From assembly GCF_009914755.1 (NCBI RefSeq), contig NC_060938.1: a DNA stretch of 64,000 bases; one strand, given 5' to 3'. This document shows positions 28,882-43,860 of this stretch, one piece after another. A model generated the notes under the pieces. The model saw nothing but the letters and a program-made list of their open reading frames with translations, did no database searches and was not told where the DNA came from. The translations under genes were made by a program, and so were the position numbers. The DNA comes from the human T2T-CHM13v2.0 reference genome, Homo sapiens. Every line of letters begins with the position of its first letter. Position 1 is the first letter of the stretch.

Positions 28882-29284
28882 TCTATCATTCAAAACAGAC
28901 TGAAGAAGACCCTAGAAAGGGAATTTACCACAGTCTGGAATAATCCACAAGATCAAGCTAAAGCCAGAGTTGGAATTTCTCAACAGAATGTGTTTTATTA
29001 AGGGAAATTTATGGCCACACAGCACAGGACCATCCCTTGTAGAGGTACAGCCAGCCCATACCATGTCTTGGTAAAAAAGAAAGGTGCTCTTCCTCTGGTG
29101 GTCACAGACCTGTGCCAGAGGCCTGCATCCTCTGCTGAAAGTCTTGGATTTTGTGCCAGTGTTGGGAATTGAACATGCGTCTCTGGGACCTAAAGCAACA
29201 TCATGGAGAGTGGTATCCTTTGGGAAGCACACAGAGCAAGCAAATGAGGATGACAACTAAGCGGTAATGCTGTTAGGAACACGA

Positions 29285-29450
29285 CATGGCAGACAATGTG
29301 GTGTGATGTGGTATGTGGTGTGGTATGGCATGCCGTGGTGTGGCATGACATGGTATGCAGTAGGGTGTGTGTGCTGTGCTGTGGCAAGACGTGACAGGGA
29401 GCATGGGATGATGCAGCAGGGCATGGCATGGTGTGTGGTGTGGTATGCTT
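29285..29450. repeat. Degenerate pentamer repeat (TGGTG/TGGCA/TGGTA)n
   Basis: gtggtgtgatgtggtatgtggtgtggtatggcatgccgtggtgtggcatgacatggtatg... Confidence 0.75.
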
Positions 29451-29464
29451 CATGGTTACAGCAT

Positions 29465-29900
29465 TCCATCGTAGAAAAATCACAGGCATCAGAGTCCTGG
29501 AATTGGACATCCCCATTGAATTACTGGCCTGGGGTTGGACAACCCCATCAAATCAGTGACCTTTAATAAGTCATTAAACTTATAGGGAGGCCCAGTTTCC
29601 TCACTTGCAAAAGGAGGATAATAACAACTAACATTTAAAATATATGCTCACTATGTGCTAAATGAGATCATTAAATAGATGATCTCATTTCATGCTTTAA
29701 CAGTCTATAAGACCTTTTGTTTAACCACACTCATATTATTGATGAGGAAACTGAAGCTTAGAGAGGTTAAGGAACTTGTTATTAGGAAGACAGCCAGAAG
29801 TGGCAGAAGCAGAACTCAGATTTAGGGCAATATGACTCCAAAGCTGATGCTATCAGCACTATTCTTGGAATTGTCGTGATGATTAAAGGAGACTTAACGG
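29465..29900. mobile_element. MIR (+) with a MIR (-) nested at ~29628-29862
   Basis: cagtttcctcacttgcaaaaggaggataataac, then reverse core gatgaggaaactgaagcttagagaggttaag, then resumed ttgtcgtgatgattaaaggaga. Confidence 0.6.
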
Positions 29901-30618
29901 TTTGTGGCAGGCTTCTTAAGCTAAACTAGATGGATCTAAATTTGCTGTCACATCACAACTAATGAAGCAGTAAAGTAGAAAGAATCTCTGCTCAAGTTAA
30001 TTCAATAGCTGATCAATGTTCATCTCTTATAAAAATTGTTAAGGGATTGTGTCAAGAAAGTGTGTGTAAAACATGTTTTTCTGAGTTCAAAAACTCATGG
30101 GCTGAACACCTTTTTTGAGGTACTTGTGCAAAGGACAATGTTTTTATTTTGAAATGTAATTAACATTAGCTACTATTTTGCCTTTTAACAGAGTATGCCT
30201 TGCCTTCTTGTTCAAGTTTTCAAAATCTAACTCACATGTTCTGCTGGTCATGAGACATTTGAAATTTACTTTTGTGTTCTGAGCACTCCTCATTACAAAC
30301 ATAATCTCATGTTGGAATGCAATTTATAAAAATAGAAAGATGTGAATAACATCTTGGGACAAATAGCATAAACCTGGAATTCAGGACATATCATTTGGTA
30401 GACTCAAAGGCAAACACTTTGATTTAACTAACTCTCTCTCTCTCCCCGTGTACTCAAAATCAGAATAGAGTATAAAAGTTATTATACTGAGTGCACAGAA
30501 GATGTGCCCCAGAGGTACCCATACAAATCAAGGAAAATGACAAGAAAGATTAATGTCCTTTATCAACAGCAGTATTCATTTTGCTCCTCCGAGCTATCGC
30601 ATCTATAAGACGAGGTAA

Positions 30619-31128
<510 letters not shown>

Positions 31129-31576
31129 AACCTTAACACAAAATTTTAATCAACTGTACATTCTAAGGAATAGTTAAAATACTACATTCTCCTGGTACAA
31201 CCTACCTAGGTGATGACCAAAAAAATACATTGTTTTTAGGAATCTGGAGAATAGTTGCTATTGTGAGGAAAGTGAGACTTGCACTGGGGCTTTGAAAATA
31301 CGTGTGATTTTTGACAGGCAGAGGGAAATAGTAGGAAGCCATTTTAGGGGCAGAACTAATAGCAAAACCAAAGGTGAAGTAATGAGTGGGAAGGAATCCC
31401 TACACAAATATGAGAGCTTATGGAGCCATTGTAACTCAGGCCAGAGGGAGTGGTGAGGGTTATGGAGCCACTGTGAGGGTATTAGAAAGGTGTAGGAAAC
31501 AAGGATCCAGTGACTGTTTTAGAGCATAGAAGTGACTGGGAACAAGCAGTCCAAAAACAACTTTCCAAAATGATAG

Positions 31577-31928
<352 letters not shown>

Positions 31929-33245
31929 TAAAAATTGCAAATAATCACTATAACATTTTTTAAAACTAGAAGTACATAAGTTTAAGAGAAAAATTCCCTA
32001 TTTCTACCCCATTCCTCAGGAAACAACAACAGATATTATTTGGAGAGTTGTAGACATTTTGTTATCTTTTATATGAATGGGATAATTATCTTCATAATTT
32101 GCTTTCTACCCCCTACACTGTACCAGGGCCATACTTACATTTCAGTATATAAGGATCTACCTTATATTTTTAACAGTCAGTATTCCATGAAACGAATGTT
32201 CTACAATTCATTTAAGCATTCCTCTTTATGTTGTCAGCAATTCTTTTGCTATTCTAAACACTGCTGCTATGAACATCTTTTGAGTACATGATTTTTTGAA
32301 GTGATCATTGAAGTCCAGAGACGTAAAATATTTTAAAATGTCTTTTAACTTCATTTTTTACTTTGCAGTATTTTAAAATTGCCTCGTAAAATGCTGTTCT
32401 TTGTGTTAAACTGGAAGAATTAGGAGAAAAAAAAAACAAAGAAGGAGTAGGATTCAATAATGCAAAGACTAAGATAAAAAGAGGTTCAAGCAGATACTCT
32501 GAAAAAATAGTGCATTTAAGTATAGCCTGGAGCTCTAGGCTTCCCAGTAGGGTGACCTTTAAAGAGACTGGAAAAGATGAGTTCAAACAAAAGTCCTTTT
32601 GCTGTAGAAGTGCCTGGTTATGGAAGTTTCTCAGACCTGAAGAGATTTAAGCTCCATCTTGAAGGATGTGGAGAATTTATACAGGCTAAAGAATAGGTAA
32701 TGAATTTCCAAGGACAGAAATGTTGATGCTTTGATGTTCAGCCAAACAAATTCAGATAGTTATTTGATTTCTATATATTCCATCTAAACTTTGGATACTA
32801 GCTTACAGTCATCCTTTTTGAATAGTCTGAAATGAATCTGTGATGTTTGAAGGCAAAATAGACATCATAAACAAGCTAGTATGTGAATAGTTAAAATGGT
32901 CTAGGTAAAACCATAAATAAATAAGAGCTTGCAAAAGATACTGCATTTCTTTGTTCTGTAAGATTTTATAAAACGTAAGCAGAAACCAAAACCAAATGTG
33001 TTCTGGAAAGGAACCAGCAACCAATTACTGTGTCAATAATTCAGTATAAGTATTAAATGCTCATGGTTTTTTTTTTTTTAAACTCCTAAAAATAATCTGT
33101 AAGACATTATCTCCAACATCTGGTGTTTGGCGTCCTCTAATCATGACTCTTAAAGATTGTGCTTTGTACTAGTTAAGGACTGAATGAACAGATTGGGCCA
33201 CAAACAAAAGTCAGTTGCATTTGATGCTTTAAAAGAAAAAAACTT

Positions 33246-33538
<293 letters not shown>

Positions 33539-34194
33539 TTCATTAACAATTACCTAGAATTTAATCTGTGCCTCAACACAAGGTAGTTTTCGAAATAAAT
33601 GCTTACTGAAAAGAGCAGCTGGATAGAAAACAGAGAATTAAATTTTCCTGTCCTAAGTGTGTAGAAACAGGCCAGAGTCAAGGTATACTTTCTATTTTAC
33701 CTTTGTTTTTATTATTTTTGCCCCAAACTCATATATATTGTTCAACGTATTATTTTCTACTTACCTGTAAGTTGGTAAGGTAGCTGCTCTTATATCTGGG
33801 GAAGAAACTAGGGGTTCAAATAGAGCTATCCAGTTACCTCCTAGCTTCTGGTTGTTTATCAGATGACCCCATGATAAGGTTTAAGAGTATTTTTAAAGTG
33901 AAAATGCTTCAGATTTCTTCCTTGAATGGCAAGATAACAGTTTCAATATTATTTCTTAGCATATTTTTATATGCTGTATATGGATCTTTTCTTCTGGACT
34001 AGAAGAAACGGAAGGAAAGAGTGTTGAATACCTGCTATGTGCCAGTCACCATGCTCGGTGCTTAAAGTCTCAGTCATGCCAATAAGTAAATAAGTGGAAA
34101 TCCTAAAGTAGATATTTGCTAACATTATGAGAATTGTGAAGACAAGACAAATATAATAATGATAAAACAAACTTGATAGTTTCAGTGTTTAGTT

Positions 34195-35020
34195 ATTTAA
34201 CTCCACCCATCCCAGTATATCGGGCACTGAGCACCTACTATGTGGTAGGTACTTATTCTAGTTTCTGGGGATTTAACAATGAATGAAACAGATAAATAGT
34301 CTCTGGTCCCATGGAGGACAGAACCAAACAACAACAACAAAAAAACATAATTATGCAGGCATAGCAGAGCCTGCTAAATTGTCCCCCAGTGTCTGTCCTG
34401 CCTTTCTTCCCTTTAGTAAGTCCTCTCCCCACTCTTGCTACCTTCCCTGCCAAGGAATTTTAGCATATGGTCACCCAGCTGAAGACCAGGCTTCCTAGCC
34501 TTCCCCTAGGTGTGGACATGGACTATGTTTTGAATGAAAGTAATATGTGTTGCTTCTGGATCACATGCTTAAAGAAGAAACTGGTTGCCCTTCAGTCTTT
34601 CTTTACCCTCCCCATGAGCTAAACTGTGAACATGGTCTTGTTGAACCAGCTCTAACAATGCAGATGAAGGCAATACCCAAAGTGGTGATGAGCAGAAGGA
34701 ATATGGAGCCCTGAATGATCTCCTGGTACAGACACTTACCTGACCGCTCACCTACCTCTGAACTGATAAATCAGAGAGAAACTTTTACTTGCTTGAGCCA
34801 TTCTATTTTTGCACTTCTTTGTTATGGCAGCTTAGCCTATACCCTAACCAATACGGCATGCAAATAAAACGACTGAGAATTACAAGTTATCTGAAGAAAA
34901 CAAGTAGACAGCAGAAAGAATAAAAAGCTATCAGTGGAGAGGGGTGGGTTACTTTAGATAAGATGCTCAGGCCTCTATAAGGAGGTGACATTTAAACTGA
35001 GACCTAAAGGATAAAAAGAG
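34195..35020 (-). mobile_element. L2 fragment interrupted by an MLT1 LTR
   Basis: actgagcacctactatgt...gaatgaaacagat before the LTR; ggaggtgacatttaaactgagacct after it. Confidence 0.6.
34358..34854 (+). mobile_element. Old MaLR LTR (MLT1J-like)
   Basis: tagcagagcctgctaaattgtccccc...ttgttatggcagcttagcctataccctaaccaatac. Confidence 0.6.
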
Positions 35021-36059
35021 GGAATATGCAACTTTTAAAATTTCCCTATGGTGCTTTCCTTTAGTTCTTTCTCCCTTCCAATGTTTTCATTGCTTTGTTC
35101 TTCTTACCCTTGCTATGGGCCAGAGTGCAAATACTATACACTTGCATAACAGCCCTAGCATAGTATCTGATCGCTCTGAATCTGCCACAGCTGTTGCCTT
35201 TATGTAAAAAGCTACATACATCAGTTAACCAGCCAGTGACAATCGTACTGAACACTGGTTTACCTTGCATTATAGTCACACTATCTGTCAGTGACTACTT
35301 GATATATTAGATGAATGAAGTTAAATAACAACACTGAAAACTATCAAGTTTGTTATATTGTTATTAGGTTTGGCTTGTTTTCATAATTCTTATGGCATTA
35401 CCAAATGTCTACTTTAGAATTTCCACTTATTTACTAATTGATATGATTGAAATTGGGAGATACTTGAGGGAAAGAATGGTCCTATTATCTCTGTATTCCT
35501 AGCACAGTACCTAGCACTTAATAAGAGTTCAATACATTTTATTGAATGAGCACATTTACAAAGTACAACTTGATAAATGTTTTTTAAAAAATTCCCTATA
35601 AATGACATTATCTGGTTATAGACTTTTCTTTGGCAACACAAAGACAGGAATTTGTTATCTTTTAAGATAGCTCTTCTAAGGATGTGGTAATGATCCAGTG
35701 ACCGAAATCAGGATTTAGATACTCTTCTCTGCCCTTGTTTGGGCCAGGCAACTGGAGGTAACTGGGGTGTGACTCTACTCCTAGAATGTTGAATGCATCC
35801 TGGCTCTTGATCTGGTCGTTGCTACCACAGAGCCCTGGATTGTGTGTAGAAGGCTAAACGTCCTCTGCACCTTCACTCCCCACTCCAGTTTCTACCCTAT
35901 CAATGACTCAGGGTTGGAAAGAGGGGAGGCTTAGCCCTGGGATAACCTTATTAGAATCTTGCCACTAACATGCTAATATGGTTCTGTTCTTTTCGTTTTA
36001 TTTAACTCCATGTGTCTCGCTGTTAAAAAAAAATTATACTGGCTAATACTAAGGATGAC

Positions 36060-36430
36060 AATAGCTACATTTATTTAACATTTCTATATGCTAAGCACTC
36101 TGCTAATAGCAGAGTATATGAGTTAACTCATTTAATCTTTAAAATGACCCTATAAGACAGGCAATATTATTCCCATTTTGTAGTTGAGGAAATTGAGAAT
36201 TAGAGAAAAGTCAGAGACTTGAACAAGGTATTACTTTTCTAGGTGACCAATCACCTCAGGTTGCCCAGGACCAAAGGATTCTGTAGGATGTAGGACTTTC
36301 AGTGCTTAAACTGGGAGTATCCTGGACAAAGTAGGATGAGTTAGTCATCCTATAAGTAGCTGAAGAAGAATTCAAGACTACGTCATTGAATTCTAAAGCA
36401 ATTGCTCTTAATCATTATGTTATACTGCTT
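36060..36430 (-). mobile_element. MIR interrupted by MER81
   Basis: aactcatttaatct...cccattttgtagttgaggaaattgag, resuming aagtagctgaagaagaattcaagac. Confidence 0.7.
36240..36352. mobile_element. MER81-like hAT MITE
   Basis: Terminal inverted repeats taggtgaccaa...ttagtcatccta; internal ggactttcagtgct. Confidence 0.75.
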
Positions 36431-37336
36431 GATTTTTAAAAAAGTGTTCATTACTAAAAAGAATGAAAGTTCTCTCTAGGGTATCTAGTAAATGTTAACT
36501 GAAAAGTATGATAGAAAGTCTTTTACATGAGGTCATGTTATTCTGCATTGCAATTTCTGTTAGGGTACTTTTCAAGATACTATTAGCATATGCACTTTGA
36601 GAGAGATGCTTTTTGGTTTGGCACCTGAATAAAGTATCAATGCATAGCAAGCATTTCTGAGGCTTAAAGTGCTAGTTACACAATATGAATATAAAAACAT
36701 TTACCACTAAGCCTCATAATAAATGACATATATTTTTCATGGATACTTTCCCCAGCAATGAGTTGTTTTGCCTCTAGAATTCCAGAATAAATCCTGAGAA
36801 CTATGTTGGAAACCCTGAAGGAGCAAACGCTGCTCCTTGTAAAACCAGACCCACAGCAGAAGAATCTGAGAAAGTAGAAAACTGAAATAGTCTTATAAGA
36901 CCTGCCATGCAGATTTTGTTTTGCATTAAGAGTAAACTGAAACAGAATTAAGATAAAAAGGGTTATTTCTCTTTGCCTTTATCACGTAACAGTCTACCCA
37001 ATTCCTGACAACATCAACTCACCTTGATTGCAAGGTGAGTAAGGCAGTCTGCTGCCCTCCAGGAGTTTACAGTACATTGTCGACAGCTGTGATGAAAGAC
37101 AATGAACAAAAGATACAGGAAGGAGAAAGTGCTGTGAGAATACAAGTGAGGAAGTGTCTTTTCTTACTTGTGGGACAAGGAAGAATTTCCCAGAGGAACT
37201 GGTGTTTTATGGATGGATAGAATGGCAAAAGGAGATAAGGAACCCTACCTTTCCCAGGCAGAGAACATGGAATGAGCAAAGCCATGGGAAGTCTGACTCT
37301 GAAGAAAACCAGGACTGTCACGTATAGTTGACACTA

Positions 37337-37715
<379 letters not shown>

Positions 37716-38072
37716 TTAGGATTTCAAAGACTAATGCATGATTTCATTTTGTTTAGAAATTTGGACTTTGGAAATGCATCAGATTTGCAGTAAGGCCAGT
37801 TCAGTATTCTCAGAACTCTACTCATTTCTGTGGTCCTTTCCCAGAATTTATCATTAAGAACCTTAATGTTATGGTAAAGCTTTATATATGTATTTATGTG
37901 TATACGTATTTTTGCATTGTTTATTTTCAAAACCCAGAAATTCATTGGAATTAATATTGATCAAATTAATTACAGGTATTCAAAAATGAAAATAAACATT
38001 TAGATTTTTCAAACCAGGCTCATTTCCCTGAAGGCTTTACTAACCTTAAATACTTTATTTAAGAATTCTGTT

Positions 38073-38360
38073 GGCCGGGCGCAATGGCTCATGCCTGTAA
38101 TCCCAGCACTTTGGGAGGCCGAGGCAGGTGGATCACGAGGTCAATACCAACCTAGCCAAGATGGTGAAACCCCATCTCTACTAAAAATACAAAAAAATTA
38201 GCCAGGCATGGTGGCCGGTGTCTGCAATCCCAGCTATAAAGGAGGCTGAGGCAGAGAATTGCTTGAACCCAAGAGGCAGAGTTGCAGTGAGCCGATATGG
38301 CGCCACTGCACTCCAGCCTGGGCGACAGAGTGAGACTCTGTCTCAAAAAAAAAAAAAAAA
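38073..38360 (+). mobile_element. AluSc-like with a B-box deletion
   Basis: gatcacgaggtcaa-taccaacct lacks the GAGATCGAG segment; TSD aattctgt. Confidence 0.88.
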
Positions 38361-41300
38361 TTCTGTAATGGCATGAGCTTTCCTTTCTATATCAAAGTCA
38401 TCCCTCATCAACATGATCTGTATTTTGAACATGATCTGTATTATCTCTCTGTAGCCATGATGGACTTGTGAGGGCCCATTTATATTTTCACTCCCAGTAG
38501 ATATTTTGATCTCATATTTGCAAAACAGTTAGATCAGACCAAGAAGCTACCTGTGGCCATGGAATCAAATGAAATCTCAGGCCTCAACAGGGGTCATCAG
38601 CTGACTTCTAACCCAATGGGTTGACTAAGAATAAGCAGAGTTGCTGGTAAACCCATAAGTCTGAACTGTGTGCAAGAAGTGCAGGTGTTGCTTTTTAAGG
38701 TGTCAACTTGGCTTCTTAACTTTTACAGAACCAAAACTCAAGTGCATCTGTGAGTACCACAGAGGTATGTGAATCATAAGCTTCCATAAAATGCCATGCC
38801 TAAATTAAGTCTTATCATCAAATATTATTTATTAAACTCCCACATCCCTCATACACATGGCAATGTGTGAGGCACATTAGCAACAGAAAACTGTATCTTC
38901 AGCCATGAAAATACTTCATAATAAATGCCAAATGGCTGCTGGAAGTCATAAAGATATTCTTTCACCGAGGCTGTATCCACCATAAATTTCAAATAAGCTG
39001 TGGAATGGAGTAACTCCTCCCATATGGTGAAATCCTCACAGAAGTGCTTCATGTTCAATTATCCTTATCAGTAAATAGAAGGCTTTTATGTCATCCCAAT
39101 TATGCTTCCTGTGGATATGAGACAGCATTCCCAGAAGAATTACTCATGTATGGATTCATGCCATTTTGCATTGTGCTTTTAAGAGTTATTAGACAATTAG
39201 ATACGCAGTAAGAAGAAATATCTGCATTTAAATTGTAAAATAACCATTTTATTTTAGACTCCACTATACTATTCATTATTTATTGCTAGTGCCTTTTGTA
39301 ATTACTTCTGATAATATGTACACTAAAAAGGTTAATAAAAGCTGAACAAATAGAACATCTGAAGACAATAGCACTGAAATAACTTTTTATATCTGGAGAC
39401 TGAGAATACATGCTACTGACTGAAAAATAAAGTTTTTAGTTAATCAACTGGTGTTCTGTCTACAGAATATTTTAAAAATCTGTTTGTTTTTATATAATGT
39501 AATTGGCTTTTAAAAAACAAAAGGATATTAATCAACATGTTGTTTATACATCTTTTAGAAAGATCCTGAAATGATTTTAAATTTGAATGTATTATGTTAT
39601 CTCCCATAGATTTTTTTTCTACTTCTTAGTCACTTTTCTTTACAAATGTTCTAATTATATTCCAATTCCATTGTTCAATTCATGTGCAAGTACATTTAAC
39701 TGCCTTTAGTGTGCTCAGCATGCTATTAGGTAATTTGAGTGCTACAGAGGAAGCAAAAGAAGGTCAAAACAACAGTTTACATCTTTCCGGATTAAGTTAC
39801 GTGACAGCCCAATTCCTTCCTCTTTCTCCCCAATATTAAAAAAAAAAAAACAGTGGAAATACAGTAAAAGGAAATCATTGCTCCTGGCTGATTCCTTAGC
39901 TAAAATGATGCTAAATCATAAAACTATGATGCATGTCTTTTAGGGTACTGCTTTTCTGCCTTAGGGAGAGCCTGGGCTGTAGAAAACACTCATTCCCCAA
40001 GATGAACGAGGCTCATAGTCTTTGTCCTTTATTGTTTAGCATCTAAGATTTTCAAACAAACACTTTAGGCAACCCATTAATAAAATCATGACTAGTCAAA
40101 AAAGGACTGGGTTTTTTTTGGCCATTTTAGAGGTGGGAAATTTAGAGCTTAGAAAAAATTAAATGATGTAATACTTCTAAAATCCTGTGGCTGTGTCTCT
40201 AATCCCTGTGAATGAACTCCAGGTAAATGGCCCAGCCTGATAATAGCATCCTACTGTCCATCATTCTTTGCATTCTTTTAGATGAGGTTCAAATTATGCC
40301 TGGCTTATGCTGCATTCTGTCTCTAATGAACAAAGCTACAGTAAAACTGCGGAGCAATTAATTTCAGATGGTTTGCTATAAATTAATATAATGGCAAACT
40401 TGTTAATTAAGGATATAATTCCTTATCTTAAAGTAGTTCATTAAATATTTTATTTGAAGTAGCTTGTCATCTAAGAACCCCAAAGATAGTAAAATCTAAA
40501 TCTATGAGACATATTTCAAAGGCTATTTGAACTCATTAGTTATGAAGTATTACCGTGCCCAGTTAGTTACATTAGAAAAAAAATTCTCATCATTTATTTC
40601 TTGTTATAGTGAAAATATTATCTTATTAAGTCTAATAAGGAAAAAACTGAAGATAGTACTATGTCATGTAATTCACTATTGTGGTTCCAAGAATAAATGA
40701 AGAAGTATTATATGTCTATTACATATCTTCTGATGACTTTAAAAAGTTAGTTTCTGATAAATAAATCAGCACAAAAAAGACAGAACTTATTTTTAACCAC
40801 AGCAATATTTATTTACAGATGACAAATATTCTAATTTCCATTAAGCCTTTAAGTATTTTCTGAAAGCTCAATTTTCCATAATTGAGAATCAGATGCAGTC
40901 TTTCCGTCAAGTTAAGAATCTCCTAAAGACAGTTTCCCCACCTGAGTTACCAACTCATAACTCTATATCTGAGATTTAATGGGGGAAAGAGCATGATGTT
41001 AAAAGTGTATGGGATACACTGCCTCTTTTCAATTATTCAAGAGCTGATTTATTTTGGCTTTTTTAAAGCTTACTGTCTTTCTTCTACCCTGGTTTCTATC
41101 ATCTCATTAATTATCCTAAACAAGAGAAGATGAAAGAAAAAGACATGAGACAGAAAAAGAAATGAATATTCAACCCATCCTCTTCATTTTTGACCCTTTC
41201 AGAAAGGGAAACATAGTGACTAAAAGGAATATTTTAGATTATCTGGACATTTCATTCATATATGCCTTCTTTTCTCTCTTTCATGTGATTAGAGTTTATT

Positions 41301-42269
41301 ATTTATCCATTATTGAAAAATTAGGATAAAACTGCATCCACGTTTGTGAAATAGAATGCCAGATTTACAAATTTGGGCAAGTATCCACATTATGGTAAAG
41401 AGTGTCTGTAGTGGACTGACAGTTCCACTTACATGAAAGAGATGCTTTAAGTAGCAGAATTAAAACACAGTGCAACTGCTGAGTTAATGATGGCACAGCT
41501 CTTTATTTTTCTATGGCAAAGAATGTGAATCTCTTACTAAACTGACTGTTTAACATGCTGAGTTTTTGTCCCCAAAACATTCTGCATTCCATTTGTAAGA
41601 ACATGGACTCGACTCTGAATTAAAGTGTAAAAATGATTTATAATCTATACAACACTATAGATTATTATAATTTGGCTCTGAAGGGTTGGTTTCTTTCAAC
41701 TTCTGCAGTCTCAGTTGTGTTGCCTGCTGTTCTAGCTGTGTCAACACGGGCAAAATTGAGAGCTGAAGTAATTAGGCAAATAATGCAGGCCAAAAATATG
41801 TCTGAAAGCTACTTGGCAATTTCACTCCACACTGATCAAAATCAGTTCAAAATAGTCCAGTTCTTTAATTTGCTTTCTCCTCCCTAAAAGCCTTAAATAA
41901 AAACACATGAAACCAATGAAATGTAAGTAATTTTCATTTGGAATCTCATATTTATATGTGTATTCTTAATGTTCCTTTCTAAATAAACCATTAACAGTGT
42001 GGATAAATCTAGTCCCAGTAAGTCACCACTACTACAGTTGAGACTGAGGAGTGGTATGGTAAAATCAGCCAACAGCCAACTCACAACATCTCCCCAAGGA
42101 GACCACATGATCAGAACTCACTCTTCTGAACAATTTCTTGATGATTAAAGTACCGTCTTTTTCTCATTAAGTGAAGAGGCAAAAACATCCAAGTAACCAC
42201 TTCTATAATGCTTGACTGAATTAACATTTCAGGGGAAAACTGTTGCAATAACAGACAGAAACCTCCTTT

Positions 42270-42715
42270 ACATCTATGGCAGAGATGGCTTCCTAGCCAC
42301 CTATTCATGCCACTCTGCCACATTATAAGGTATTACCGGGATGTAGTTGTCCAGCTAGGGAGTACATTTCCCAGCTCTCTTCTTAGATGGGGCCATGAAA
42401 ACTGCTCTTGTAAAGGCGATAAGTTCCATCTCTAGACTGAGTTAAGAGGGGAGTATCTCAGACGTTTCTCATCTTCTGTCTACTGGCTGAATGTCACTGT
42501 CCCATAAAACCTTGAAAATCTCATATTAGAGATGGTACTAGAACCCAAACATGAAAGGACCCTGGGTCCCTGAATCACCTTTTGAGGCCAGCTGCCTGCT
42601 AATTAGGAACACAAATTCTAGACTTTATGTGAGAGTAAGAAATAAGCCTCTATTCTTTTTGAGGAATTATACATTTTTGACCTTTTTTTTTGTAGGAGCT
42701 AGAATTACTATAGCT
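42270..42715 (+). mobile_element. Old MaLR LTR (MLT1I/J-like)
   Basis: tacatttcccagctctct, ggaccctgggtccctgaatcac, gactttatgtgagagtaagaaataag. Confidence 0.55.
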
Positions 42716-42794
42716 TAGACAAATCCTATCCCAGTATTTTGAACACAATGCCTCTTTATTGGAAGCTTTCTTCACTGCATAATGGTGGTGATAG

Positions 42795-43020
42795 TTAATA
42801 CTTATAAACTGCGTACCCTGTGTCATACACCGTCTAAATCCTCTACAAGTATCAGCTCACTCAATCCTTACAACAACCCCATGAGGCAGGTACTATTAAT
42901 TATTCCCATTTAACAGATGAGAAAATTGAGGCATAGTGAGAGTAAGATCACATAGTAACAGAAATTGAACTGAAAAGCAAGATGATACATCTCCAGACCA
43001 AAAATAAAATACTCTGCACT
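42795..43020 (-). mobile_element. MIR
   Basis: aatccttacaacaaccccatgaggcaggtactatt...cccatttaacagatgagaaaattgaggc. Confidence 0.8.
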
Positions 43021-43471
43021 CTGTATTTTATAAGTACATCTTCTATTCCATGTACATTTTAATACATTCTGCAGATAAGCAATAACAATTGTGGACTGGT
43101 CATCTGATTTGTTAAAAAGATCACTCTTTCATACAGCAGAAAGTTGTCTCTAATAACTGAAATAAAGAAGAGAAGCCATTTGAAGTCTAAACTGTTCCTC
43201 TCACAACCAGAAATAAGAAGTTTTAAATTAAGGGCAGCAGAGATCAATCCGTATAAATAATATCTAATAATTTAACAATGAAATAAAGATGATTCAATTA
43301 ATGTCATATTATAATCAAGTTTAGGGCATTTCTAGCACTTTCCTAGTCATTTTGTATCACTTTTTACTCTGTAGTCAAAAGCCTATTGTATCTTTGAGAA
43401 TAAATACCTTGTGCCAACATTATGATGTTGCTGAGCCATTGTCTTCTCTCCTTCTTCCTGACAAGGTCCAT

Positions 43472-43860
43472 TGCTATGGGCCTTGAATGTGTCCCCCAAA
43501 GTTCATGTGTTGGAAACTGAAGTCCCAATGCATCAATGTTGGGAGCTGGGGCCTAGTAAGAGGTGGATTAGGTCATGAGGGCCATGCCTTCATGAAGGAT
43601 TAATGTTATAGTGGAAGTGGGTTAGTTATTGTGATAGTGGGCTTGCTGTAAGAGCAACTTTGGCCCTATTTTGCTCTCTTGCTCTCTCATGCTCTTGTCC
43701 TTCTGCCTTCCACCATGCCATGATGCAGTAAAGCCTTCACCAAATGCAGGCCTCATCCTTGGACTTCCCAGCCTCTACAACTATAGAAAATAAATTTTTC
43801 TCTTTATAGGTTACCCAACCTGTGGCATTCTATTATAGCAACACGAAATGGGCTAAGACA
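43472..43860 (+). mobile_element. MaLR solo LTR (MSTD-like)
   Basis: tgctatgggccttgaatgtgtcccccaaagttcatgtgttggaaac...gggctaagaca. Confidence 0.85.

Noticed and set aside
29257-29566. His/Cys- and Trp/Cys-rich ORFs
   Set aside because: Products of the degenerate pentamer repeat.
38410-38442. Short direct repeats (aacatgatctgtatt x2; also 20190-20218 and 58121-58183)
   Set aside because: Ordinary two-copy slippage duplications, not a CRISPR-like or functional array.
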